A DNA stretch of 39,732 bases from Sphingomonadales bacterium (GTDB lineage Bacteria; Pseudomonadota; Alphaproteobacteria; Sphingomonadales; Sphingomonadaceae), in assembly GCA_005773165.1 (NCBI GenBank), contig SXHP01000142.1:1-39732 (forward strand), in the 5' to 3' direction. The notes below the pieces were generated by a model. That model was not told the DNA's origin. It searched no databases and worked only from the letters and a program-made list of their open reading frames with translations. The position numbers were made by a program, and so were the translations under genes. This document shows, one piece after another, positions 18,187-26,882 of the stretch (its first letter is position 1; every line of letters starts with the position of its first letter).

Positions 18187-19727
18187 TCGGGCGAACCGCG
18201 GCCGCGCTGCTCGCACTGGCGACGCTCGGGGCTGCGCCGGAGCAGGTCGACGTGCTGATCCGCGGCGGCACGGTTTATACGGGTTCGGATGCGCCGTTCG
18301 TCGGCGACGTGGCGGTGACCGGGGATCGTATCCGGTCGGTCGGCCGGGACGTCCGGCTCAGCGCGCGACGGACGATCGACGCGCGCGGCATGGTCGTCAC
18401 GCCGGGCTTCATCGACCCGCACACCCATATCGAGACGATGCTCGCGTCGGCCGATGCGCAGGAGCGGCTGGTGCTGCCGTTCCTGATGCAGGGGGTGACG
18501 ACCGCCTTCGTCGGCAACGACGGCGACGGCGCGGTCGACGTGGCGGCGACGCTCACACCCGCCGCGCCTGTCGGCGTCAACTACGCCGCCTATGTCGGCT
18601 TCGGGGCGGTGCGCCGCGCGGTGATCGGCGAGGCGCGGCGTGCGCCGAGCGAGACCGAGCTGGCGACAATGCGCGGGTTGGTGGCCCGGGGCATGTGCGA
18701 CGGCGCGCTGGGGCTGTCGACCGGGCTGTTCTACGCGCCGCAGAGTTTTGCGGAGACCGGCGAGGTGGTCGCGCTCGCCCGCGAGGCGGGGTCGCGCGGC
18801 GGCGTCTACGACACGCACATCCGTGACGAATCGAGCTACACCGTCGGGCTCGCCGCCGCGGTCGACGAGGCGATCGCGATCGGGCGCGCGGCGCGGATGC
18901 CGGTGCATGTCAGCCACATCAAGGCGCTCGGCGTCGACGTGCGGGGGCAGGCGCCGGCGATCGTCGCCAAGGTGGAGGCGGCGCGGCGACGCGGTCAAAA
19001 GGTGACCGCGGACCAATATCCGTGGAGCGCGAGCGGGACGACCTTGGTCTCGGCGCTGATCCCGTTGTGGGCGCAGGACGGCGGGCGAGAGGCGCTGCTC
19101 CGCCGCTTCGCCGATCCGGCGCTCGCCGGGCGGCTGCAGGCGGACCTCGCCGAGGGGCTGCGCAAGCGCGGCGGCGCGGAGGCGCTGCTCATCACCGGCG
19201 GCGCGGAGCGCGGGCGGACGCTGGCGGCGGTCGCGGCGCGGCTCGGGACGGATGCGGCCGGTGCGGCGATCGCGACGATCCGGGTTCACGACCCCGCCGT
19301 CGCTTCGTTCAACCAGAGCGAGAGCGACATCGCCGCGTTCATGGCGCGGCCGTGGGTGTTGACCGGATCGGACGCATCGGCGGGGCACCCGCGGGTCTAT
19401 GGCAGCTTCGCGCGCAAATACGCCAAGTACGTGCGGGCGGAGCATGTGCTGTCGCTGCGCCAGTTCATCGAGCGGAGTTCGCGGCTGACCGCGGACACGT
19501 TCGGGATCGCGGACCGCGGGCGGCTGCGGCGGGGCGCCTACGCCGACATCGTGATGTTCGATCCGGCGACCTATGCCGAGCGCGCGACCTACCAGCAGCC
19601 GACGCTTCTCGCGGCGGGGGTGCTGACGGTGCTGGTCAACGGCCGGGTCGTGGTCGACGGCGGGGTGGCGACAGGCGAAGCCGCCGGACGGCCGCTGCCG
19701 CGCACGCCGAAGCGGGGTTGCCCGTGA
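18183..19727 (+). CDS. N-acyl-D-amino-acid deacylase family amidohydrolase with predicted signal peptide
   Basis: PGFIDPHTH, QGVTT, GLSTGLFYAP, THIRDE, SHIK, DQYPW, GSD, HPRVYGSF, ADIVMFD. Hydrophobic N-terminus MIGRTAAALLALATLGA. Confidence 0.88.
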   Translation: MIGRTAAALLALATLGAAPEQVDVLIRGGTVYTGSDAPFVGDVAVTGDRIRSVGRDVRLSARRTIDARGMVVTPGFIDPHTHIETMLASADAQERLVLPFLMQGVTTAFVGNDGDGAVDVAATLTPAAPVGVNYAAYVGFGAVRRAVIGEARRAPSETELATMRGLVARGMCDGALGLSTGLFYAPQSFAETGEVVALAREAGSRGGVYDTHIRDESSYTVGLAAAVDEAIAIGRAARMPVHVSHIKALGVDVRGQAPAIVAKVEAARRRGQKVTADQYPWSASGTTLVSALIPLWAQDGGREALLRRFADPALAGRLQADLAEGLRKRGGAEALLITGGAERGRTLAAVAARLGTDAAGAAIATIRVHDPAVASFNQSESDIAAFMARPWVLTGSDASAGHPRVYGSFARKYAKYVRAEHVLSLRQFIERSSRLTADTFGIADRGRLRRGAYADIVMFDPATYAERATYQQPTLLAAGVLTVLVNGRVVVDGGVATGEAAGRPLPRTPKRGCP

Positions 19728-20965
19728 GCCGGTGGTTCGCGATTCCGTTGTGGAAGCGGGTGCTCGGCGGGCTCGCGCTCGGGCTCGTCTTCGCGCTCGT
19801 CTGGCCCGAAGGAACGCCGTACGTCGCGTTCATGGGCGACCTGTTCGTCCGCGCGATCCGGATGCTGGTCGCGCCGATCGTGCTGGTGACGATCGCGGCG
19901 GGGATCACGTCGCTCGCCGATCCCAAGCGGCTCGGGCGGCTGGGCGGACGGACGATCGCGCTGTTCGCGGGGACGACCTTCGTCTCGGTGTCGGTCGGCA
20001 TGGCCGTAGCGACCTTGGTCCGGCCGGGGGTGGGCGCGCCGCTGGGAACCGCCGCCCCGCATGCGCTCGGCCCGCCGGTGACCCCGTACGACCAGCTCGT
20101 CGGCATCGTGCCGCTCAACATCGTCGAGGCGCTGGCGAAGGGCGACATGCTCGCGCTGATCTTCGTCGCGATCCTGTTGGGGGTAGGCACGGTGCTGGCC
20201 GGCGAGGCGGGGCGGCCGTTCGCGCGGGGTTTGCAGGCGCTGTCGGCGGTGCTCCTGCGCGTCGTCGGCATCGTGATGGAGCTCACACCGTTCGGCGTCT
20301 TCGCGCTGATCGCGAACGCGGTCGCGGCGAACGGGGCGGCGGTGTTCGTCCATGTCGGCTGGTTGGCGCTGGCGGTCTTGATCGGATCGCTGGTGCAGGT
20401 CGTGGTGGTGCACAGCCTGGTGCTGCGCCTGCTCGCGCGGTTGCCGGTGGGGCCGTTCTTCCGCGGCGTCGTCGATGCGCTGGCGGTCGCCTTCTCGACC
20501 GCATCGAGCTCGGCGACGCTGCCGGTGGCGATGCGGGTGGCGGGCGAGAATCTCGGTGTAGGACGCCCGGTCTATTCGACGGTGCTGCCATTGGGCGCGA
20601 GCATCGGCAAGGACGGGACCGCGATGTATGTCGGGCTGCTCAGCCTGTTCGCGCTGCAGGCGTTCGGGACCCCGCTGACTCCGCAGGTCTATGCGACGGT
20701 GCTGCTGACGGGCGCGCTCGCCGCGTTCGGGACCGCGCCGGTACCGTCGGCGTCCCTGTTCATGCTGGCTGCGGTGCTGTCGGCCGTCGGCATAGCGCCC
20801 GAGCAGACCGCGCTGGTCGTCGGCTTCGTGCTGCCGTTCGACCGGCTGCTCGACATGACGCGGACGGTGCCGAGCGCCAGCGCAAACCTGACGGTGGCGA
20901 CGACGGTTGCGCGCTGGGAGGGCGAGCTCGACGAAGCGGTCTATCGCGCGCCGCCCGCGCGGTAG
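19724..20965 (+). CDS. Dicarboxylate/amino acid:cation symporter (DAACS/GltP family)
   Basis: GDLFVRAIRMLVAPIV, AFSTASSSATLP, PLGASIGKDGTA, DRLLDMTRT. GTG start overlaps the deacylase stop (GTGA). Confidence 0.92.
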   Translation: MSRWFAIPLWKRVLGGLALGLVFALVWPEGTPYVAFMGDLFVRAIRMLVAPIVLVTIAAGITSLADPKRLGRLGGRTIALFAGTTFVSVSVGMAVATLVRPGVGAPLGTAAPHALGPPVTPYDQLVGIVPLNIVEALAKGDMLALIFVAILLGVGTVLAGEAGRPFARGLQALSAVLLRVVGIVMELTPFGVFALIANAVAANGAAVFVHVGWLALAVLIGSLVQVVVVHSLVLRLLARLPVGPFFRGVVDALAVAFSTASSSATLPVAMRVAGENLGVGRPVYSTVLPLGASIGKDGTAMYVGLLSLFALQAFGTPLTPQVYATVLLTGALAAFGTAPVPSASLFMLAAVLSAVGIAPEQTALVVGFVLPFDRLLDMTRTVPSASANLTVATTVARWEGELDEAVYRAPPAR

Positions 20966-22782
20966 AAGCGCAGGTCGGCGAGCTCCAGCCGGACGCGCGT
21001 GCCCGGCGCACCTTCTAGGCGGAAGCGGAGCGCACGCAGGCCCGCCAGATCGAGGGTGCGCTTGGGGTCGTCGCTGACAAAGGCGGCGAAGGGAAGGCGT
21101 ATGTCGCGGGGGTTCGGGCCCGCCTGGAACTCCGCGGCGAAGAACCGCTCGGCGGGCAGACCGTGGCTGTCGAGCACGAGCCCGTACGCGCCCTGCCCGG
21201 TCGCGCGAAACGCCACGCCTGCGAAGCCGCGCGCGTCGGCGGGCACGATCGCGCCGCGGGTAAGCGGGACGATGAGGTAGGCGTAGGGCGGGCCGAATGC
21301 GCCCGGGCCCATCCGGGCGTCCGCGATCAGCCTCTCGCGTTCGCGAGTGATCCGAAGAATGCTGTGCGGCACGCCGGGCTCGGCAGCGTCGACCGGGAGG
21401 GTGCCAAGGTCGGTGCGCAGCCCGGTGCTCGCCGCGGTGAGGATCGGTCCGGTCATGCGATGCGGCGGCAGCGCCGTCGGCCGGTCGGAGGAGAGCCGCC
21501 TGCGGAGCGAGGCCAGCGCGACCTCACGCCCGCCAACGAACACGCGGGACACGTTCGAGAGGTCGGCGATCGACACGTCCGGGCGGCCGTCGACAAGGAT
21601 CAAATCCGCACGACGGCCGACCGCGATCCGGCCGTCGGGCGACCACAGGACGCGCGCCGACACGCCGGTCGCCGCGGCGAGCGCCTCCGCGGGAGAGAGG
21701 CCGAGTTCGGTCAGCAGCATGGTCTCACGGACCGCGCTGGAGCCGTGATAGACGCCGCCGACACCCGCGTCGGCGCCGACCGCGATGGGCACGCCCGCGG
21801 CGTGGAGGCGGCGGATGTTGGCGCGCATGGTCGACCAGCGGCGCGCGTCGCGCGGGGGCACGGGCTTTCGGCGGATAGCCGTCTCGTACCTCAGCTCGGG
21901 CGGTCGCAGGCGGGTTCGTTCGACCTCGGTGAGGCGGCGCTCGGCCAGCGGCTCGAAGGCGACGAGCGTGGGGATGTAGGCAGTGCCGCGCGCGCGCATG
22001 GCGGCGATCAGCGCGTCGTCGACTGCCAAGTCGCCGACGCCGTGGCCGAGCGCGTCGACGCCCGCCGCGGCCGCCTTCTTCGCCCCGTCGAGCGTCGTCG
22101 TATGGCTGATGACAGGGACGCGCGCGCCGTGCGCCGTCTCGACGATCGCGGTGAGCGTCGCGGCGTCCATATCGACGAGATCGGGCGAGCGGCCGTAGCG
22201 CCAGCCGTCGACGAACACCTTGATGACGTCAGGCCGATAGCCGAGCGCGCGGCGGACCGCGGCGCGGCCCTCACGCGGGGTGGCGGCCTCCAGCGTGAAC
22301 GCGCGGCCCCAGCCGTATTCGGTCCCATGTCCGCCCGGTGGGGCTATGCGTACGGCGAGCGCGAGCCGCGGAGCGGGAATAGGGCCTGATCCCACGAGCG
22401 CGCGGACTCCCGCCGCCATCTCGCCCGAAAGCGAGAAGTCGGCCACCCGCGTGACGCCCGCCGCCAGGTGACCGGCGTACGCCTTGGCGACATCGTCGGC
22501 GCCGCCGAAGCCGGTCGCGCGCGCATGGATGTGGAGGTCGGAGAGGCCGGGCAGCAGCGTCTGGCCATGTGCGTCGACCACGCGCGCGCCGCGCGGCGCG
22601 GCGATGCGAGGGCCGATCGCCGCTATACGATCGCCCGTCACGAGCACGTCGGCGACCGCCGCGGGCGCACCCGTGCCGTCGAAGACGCGCGCGCCGCGGA
22701 TCAGAGTCGACGGCTGCGCAGCGGGCCGCGGCTCGACGCCGATCAGCAGCGTCGCAAGCAGGGCGAGCACGGTACGGATCAT
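20941..22782 (-). CDS. Secreted metal-dependent amidohydrolase fused to a C-terminal CIA30/CBM-like domain
   Basis: Signal peptide, LPGLSDLHIH, VIKVF, SHT, GHG, GADAG, RADLILVDG. The C-terminal beta-rich region (DARGFAGVAFRATG...IRLPFAAF...LELADLRFY) resembles CIA30. Confidence 0.78.
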   Translation of the reverse strand: MIRTVLALLATLLIGVEPRPAAQPSTLIRGARVFDGTGAPAAVADVLVTGDRIAAIGPRIAAPRGARVVDAHGQTLLPGLSDLHIHARATGFGGADDVAKAYAGHLAAGVTRVADFSLSGEMAAGVRALVGSGPIPAPRLALAVRIAPPGGHGTEYGWGRAFTLEAATPREGRAAVRRALGYRPDVIKVFVDGWRYGRSPDLVDMDAATLTAIVETAHGARVPVISHTTTLDGAKKAAAAGVDALGHGVGDLAVDDALIAAMRARGTAYIPTLVAFEPLAERRLTEVERTRLRPPELRYETAIRRKPVPPRDARRWSTMRANIRRLHAAGVPIAVGADAGVGGVYHGSSAVRETMLLTELGLSPAEALAAATGVSARVLWSPDGRIAVGRRADLILVDGRPDVSIADLSNVSRVFVGGREVALASLRRRLSSDRPTALPPHRMTGPILTAASTGLRTDLGTLPVDAAEPGVPHSILRITRERERLIADARMGPGAFGPPYAYLIVPLTRGAIVPADARGFAGVAFRATGQGAYGLVLDSHGLPAERFFAAEFQAGPNPRDIRLPFAAFVSDDPKRTLDLAGLRALRFRLEGAPGTRVRLELADLRFYRAGGAR

Positions 22783-22864
22783 GGCGGTGAAACTCTGCGG
22801 GGCGCGGGGTCAGGGGGCAAGCCCTCCATTGTGCCGGACCGCGCGGGCGCTAGGCTGGGCACGT

Positions 22865-24274
22865 ATGCGGATCACCCTCCTCGCCGTCCTCGTCGTCACC
22901 GCCGCACCCGCGTACGCGCAGACCCCGCTCGCCGAGCGTGTCGCCGCTGCTTTGGCGTCCCAAGGGCCGGGCACGCGATTCGGCCTGGTCGTCGCGGACG
23001 AGGACGGGCGCGAGATCGTGGCGATCGCGCCGGACGCCCGCTTCGTGCCCGCATCGAACACCAAGCTGTTCACCACCGCCGCCGCCTTCGCGACGCTCGG
23101 CGACGTGACGCGCGACGATGCGGAGGGCGGCGCGGCGGTGCGCCTGGAGGGCCGTGACGTGGTGCTGGAGGGGCGCGGCGATGCGCGACTGTCGAGCGCT
23201 GCGAATTGCGTGCGCGACTGCCTGGCGACGCTTGCCGACGCGGTAGCGGCGCGGACGCGGGCCGTGCGCGACGTCGTTGGCGACGACACGCTGTTCCCCG
23301 ACGAGCGGTGGAGCCCGGGGATGAGCTGGAACAACATTGAGACGCGGTCGGGAACCGGAGTCTCGGCGCTGACGCTCGACGACAATGAGGTGGTGCTGCG
23401 GGTGACTCCCGCGGGTGCGATCAAGGGGCCGGGTTACTACCGGATAGACGATCGGGTGACGGCCGCGGCCAAGACCGACCTGCGCTTCAGCCGGATGCCT
23501 GGGAGCGACCGGGTGCGGGTCGAGGGCACGATCCGCGGGGACGGCGCGGCCGAGGTCCTGCGGCTCGGCATCGACGATCCCGCGCATCATGCCGCGTGGC
23601 GGCTGCGAGCGATGCTGGTCGCGCGCGGGGTTCGGGTGACCGGGCGTGTCGCGGTGCGGCATCGGCCGCTCACGCCTGCCGACGATCCGGCGGTGCGCGG
23701 CGCGACGCCCCCTGCCCGGCCGCCGCGGAACGCGCCGCTGGCGCAGCTCGCCGCGCCGCCGCTCCTCGCCGATCTGGCGGTGATCAACAAGGCGAGCCAG
23801 AACGTCCATGCCGAGCTGCTGCTGCGCCGGGTCGGGCTGGTCGCCGGGACGGGGTCGATCGCCGACGGGCAGGCGGCGGTTCGGACGATGTTGGGCCGGG
23901 CTGGGCTCGAGCGATGGCGGTACGACTTTTCCGACGGGTCGGGGATGTCGAGCTACAACCGGGTGAGTCCGCGCGGGGTCGTGCGGTTCCTGCGCTGGAC
24001 GCAAGCGCAGCCCTGGGGCGCGGCGTTCCGCGAGACGCTGCCGGTGGGCGGGGTCGACGGCACGCTGCGGCGGCGGTTCGTAGGGACTCCGCTCCAAGGC
24101 AAGGTGTTCGCCAAGACAGGTTCGCTCAACGCGGCGTCGGCGTTGGCGGGGTGGATGGTGGCGGCGAGCGGGAAGACGCTGACCTTTGCGGCCTATGCGG
24201 CCGACATGCCGGAAGACCGTTCGGCGAGCGCCGCGGTGGATGCGGCGCTCGGGCTCATCGCGGCGGAGAACTGA
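22865..24274 (+). CDS. dacB: D-Ala-D-Ala carboxypeptidase/endopeptidase (PBP4, peptidase S13)
   Basis: Signal peptide, PASNTKLFT (SxxK), KASQNVHAE (SxN), DGSGMS, GVDGTL, AKTGSL (KTG). Confidence 0.92.
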   Translation: MRITLLAVLVVTAAPAYAQTPLAERVAAALASQGPGTRFGLVVADEDGREIVAIAPDARFVPASNTKLFTTAAAFATLGDVTRDDAEGGAAVRLEGRDVVLEGRGDARLSSAANCVRDCLATLADAVAARTRAVRDVVGDDTLFPDERWSPGMSWNNIETRSGTGVSALTLDDNEVVLRVTPAGAIKGPGYYRIDDRVTAAAKTDLRFSRMPGSDRVRVEGTIRGDGAAEVLRLGIDDPAHHAAWRLRAMLVARGVRVTGRVAVRHRPLTPADDPAVRGATPPARPPRNAPLAQLAAPPLLADLAVINKASQNVHAELLLRRVGLVAGTGSIADGQAAVRTMLGRAGLERWRYDFSDGSGMSSYNRVSPRGVVRFLRWTQAQPWGAAFRETLPVGGVDGTLRRRFVGTPLQGKVFAKTGSLNAASALAGWMVAASGKTLTFAAYAADMPEDRSASAAVDAALGLIAAEN

Positions 24275-25262
24275 AGGCGGCGATCACCGCGTCGCCGACA
24301 GCGGGGCGGAGCGCGGCGATGCCGCTCTCGCGGTGGCGGGTCGGGTGGACGCGGTTGGTGAGCAAGGTCCAGGCGAGGTTGCGGTCGAAGTCGACCCACA
24401 AGCCGGTGCCGGTGAAGCCTGTATGGCCGATCGTCGCGTCGGAGCAGGCGTCTCCGCCGGGCCAACCGGGGAAACGGCGCTCCCAACCGGCGGTGCGATG
24501 GCCGTTGGTGCGCTGACGGATCGCCTGAAGCATCGCGGGCGACGCGCCGCTGCCGTCGAGCAGTCCGCGCGCGAAATCGAGAACGCCGTCGACGGTCCCG
24601 AACAGCCCGGCATGCCCCGCCGCGCCGCCGAGCGCCCATGCGTTCTCGTCGTGAACCTCGCCCTTGAGCACGCGACCGCGCCAGGTGCAGGCTTCGGTCG
24701 CGACCGCGGGCCCTTGCGGCCTGAATGCGAGGCCGGGCGGGAGCGGCCAGGCGTCGAGCCCCGCGCCGGTGATCCGCTCGGTCGCGATGCCGAGCAGGAT
24801 GAAGTTGATGTCGGAATAGACCGGCGGGCCGCGCCGCCACGCGCGCTGGAGGACGAAGGCGCGGAGGCGGGCGGGGTCGCCGCCATAGGTGTAGACCGGC
24901 TCGACCGCGGGCAGGTGCGTGTTGTGCGCGAGGCAGTCGCGAAAGGTCAGGCGGCGCTCGGGCGCGCCCTCTACGTCGTACTGGCGCAGGTCGGGGATCG
25001 CGTCGGTGAGCGGGCGGTCGAGGTCGAGGCGGCCCTCGTCGGCGAGGCGAAGGATCATCGTCGTCGTCGCGATCACCTTGCTGACCGAAGCGAGGTCGAA
25101 CCAGTGTTCGCGGCTGAGCGGCTCTCGTTCGGGGACGAGCGCGGCCAGCCCCGCGAGCTTCACCCAGCGCTCGCCTTCGCGGGTGACGACGCCGAGCGTC
25201 GCGCCGGGGATGCGGCCGTCCGCGACCGCGGCGGCGGCGGGGGCGAAGGCTTGGTCGATCAT
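24255..25262 (-). CDS. Cytoplasmic beta-lactamase-fold serine hydrolase, YbbE(AmiE)/YfeW-like
   Basis: FDLASVSK (SxxK), YSDINF, GEVHDENA, GHAGLFG, GHTGFTG, LLTNRVHP. No signal peptide. ATG overlaps the ampG stop (ATGA). Confidence 0.85.
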   Translation of the reverse strand: MIDQAFAPAAAAVADGRIPGATLGVVTREGERWVKLAGLAALVPEREPLSREHWFDLASVSKVIATTTMILRLADEGRLDLDRPLTDAIPDLRQYDVEGAPERRLTFRDCLAHNTHLPAVEPVYTYGGDPARLRAFVLQRAWRRGPPVYSDINFILLGIATERITGAGLDAWPLPPGLAFRPQGPAVATEACTWRGRVLKGEVHDENAWALGGAAGHAGLFGTVDGVLDFARGLLDGSGASPAMLQAIRQRTNGHRTAGWERRFPGWPGGDACSDATIGHTGFTGTGLWVDFDRNLAWTLLTNRVHPTRHRESGIAALRPAVGDAVIAAFSSPPR

Positions 25263-26758
25263 CGGTCGTCGGCGCGCGGGCGGATGCGCGCGAGGGCGGG
25301 GAGAAAAGCGATCGCGGCTAGGCTCAATACGCCCGAGGCGAGAAAGAACAGGTCGAACCCGGAGTAACCTGCGCGGTCGAGCCGCTCGACGACGACCCCG
25401 CCCGCCCCCGCCAGCAGTCTCGGCAGCAGGAAGGCGAAGCCCGACAGAAAGGCGTATTGCGCGCCGGGGTAGCGCGGGTTGACCAGCATCGACAGGTAGA
25501 CGACGAACACCGCGCCGGCCATGCCGTTGCCGAACTGATCGGCGAAGGTGGCGAGGTAGAGCAGCGGCTCGCTGACGCGCTGGTGCGCCAGCCAGACGAA
25601 GCCGAAATTGCCGAGTGCGGCGAACACCGCCGCTATCGCCAGCGCGCGGCCGAGCGGCGGCCGGGTGGCGAGCCAGCCGCCGATCCCGACTCCGCCCAAG
25701 CTGGCGGCGAGCGCGACCAGGCTGTCGGCGCGGCCGATCGCGCTCAGCGAATAGCCGAGGCTCTTGATCATGGGCTTCGACAGGTTGAGCGCGAGCACGT
25801 CGCCCATCCGGTAAAGCGATACAAAGGCGAGCACGACCAGCGCCGCCGTTCCATAACGCCAGAAGATATCGACATAGGGTCCGATCGCCGCCGAAGTGCG
25901 CAGCCGCGAGGTCGGCGGCGCCCGCCTGATCCGCGGGAGGGCGATCGCCATCGCGGCGAACGGCAGCAGCGCCAGGGCCAGGACGTAGGGCGTGACATTC
26001 GCCTCGCCGTCGAGGCCTGCCTGCGCGAATAGGGTCAGCGCGACGGCGCCTACGCCCGCGACGAGGAGCATCGCGGCCAACAGCAATGCGGCGCTCGCCG
26101 CCAGCCCGGTCGCGAGCGCGACGCTGCGCCCTCCCCCGCCGTCCGCCTGCGGGCGCATCGCGGCGAGGATCGGAAACGGCGCAAACGCCGCCGCCGCGAT
26201 CACCAGATAGGCCGCGGTCCATCCCGCGCCGTCGGCGACGAGCAAGGCGCCGCTCCCCGCCGCAACCATCGCGCTCCTGTAGCCCCACAGGTTGGCGGCG
26301 ACGATCGGACCTTGCTCCGCTTCGGTCGGCGCGAGCTCGATCCGCCAGGCGTCTGCGGCGACCTCCAGCGTCGTCGTCCAGAAAGCGAGCAGCACCGCGA
26401 ACAGCGCGGTGACGCCGAGGCTGCGGTCGTCGGAGGTCCACGCCATCGCCGCGGTCGAAGAGACAATGCCGAGCTGCGCCAGCATGATCCACCCTCGCCG
26501 CTTGCCCCAGAAGCGCGCGAAACCCGGCACGTCGTAGCGGTCGAGCAGCGGCGCCCAGGCGAATCTGAAGGTCGGCAGGAGTTGGACCCAGGCGAAGAAG
26601 CCGATCACCGCAAGCGTCACGCCGTGCTCCGCCAGCCGCAGCGCGAGCACCGTCGAGAACATGTAGAACGGCAGCCCCGCCGAGAAGCCGAGAACCCCGA
26701 ACAGCGCGAGCCGCGCCTTGGTGGACGGGCGCTCGGAGACGGGACGCGGCGCGTGCAT
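25259..26758 (-). CDS. ampG: AmpG-family muropeptide MFS permease
   Basis: LGFSAGLPF, FAWAPLLDR, GKRRGW, VAADAWRIE, GYR, LYRMGD, YPGAQYAFLS. Start assigned to ATG at 26758. Confidence 0.82.
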   Translation of the reverse strand: MHAPRPVSERPSTKARLALFGVLGFSAGLPFYMFSTVLALRLAEHGVTLAVIGFFAWVQLLPTFRFAWAPLLDRYDVPGFARFWGKRRGWIMLAQLGIVSSTAAMAWTSDDRSLGVTALFAVLLAFWTTTLEVAADAWRIELAPTEAEQGPIVAANLWGYRSAMVAAGSGALLVADGAGWTAAYLVIAAAAFAPFPILAAMRPQADGGGGRSVALATGLAASAALLLAAMLLVAGVGAVALTLFAQAGLDGEANVTPYVLALALLPFAAMAIALPRIRRAPPTSRLRTSAAIGPYVDIFWRYGTAALVVLAFVSLYRMGDVLALNLSKPMIKSLGYSLSAIGRADSLVALAASLGGVGIGGWLATRPPLGRALAIAAVFAALGNFGFVWLAHQRVSEPLLYLATFADQFGNGMAGAVFVVYLSMLVNPRYPGAQYAFLSGFAFLLPRLLAGAGGVVVERLDRAGYSGFDLFFLASGVLSLAAIAFLPALARIRPRADDR

Positions 26759-26882
26759 GGGCCGACGGTCGGGCCCTGCGCGCCTCGCGTCAACCGCCGC
26801 GCGAATTCTCTGGCGTTGTGTGACGGTTTTGTTGTGTATTGGAGGAAAGCGCCGGGGGGAGGCGCACAAGGGGAAGACGACA

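Noticed and set aside
14588-19445. 957-aa and 698-aa minus-strand ORFs
   Set aside because: Arg/Pro-rich shadows of the GH144, dgcN, dgcA and deacylase genes.
19022-19723. Apparent 234-aa N-terminal extension on the DAACS ORF
   Set aside because: Out-of-frame overlap with the deacylase. The real start is GTG 19724.
22484-22864. N-terminal extension of dacB
   Set aside because: Overlaps the divergent amidohydrolase. The signal peptide begins at ATG 22865.
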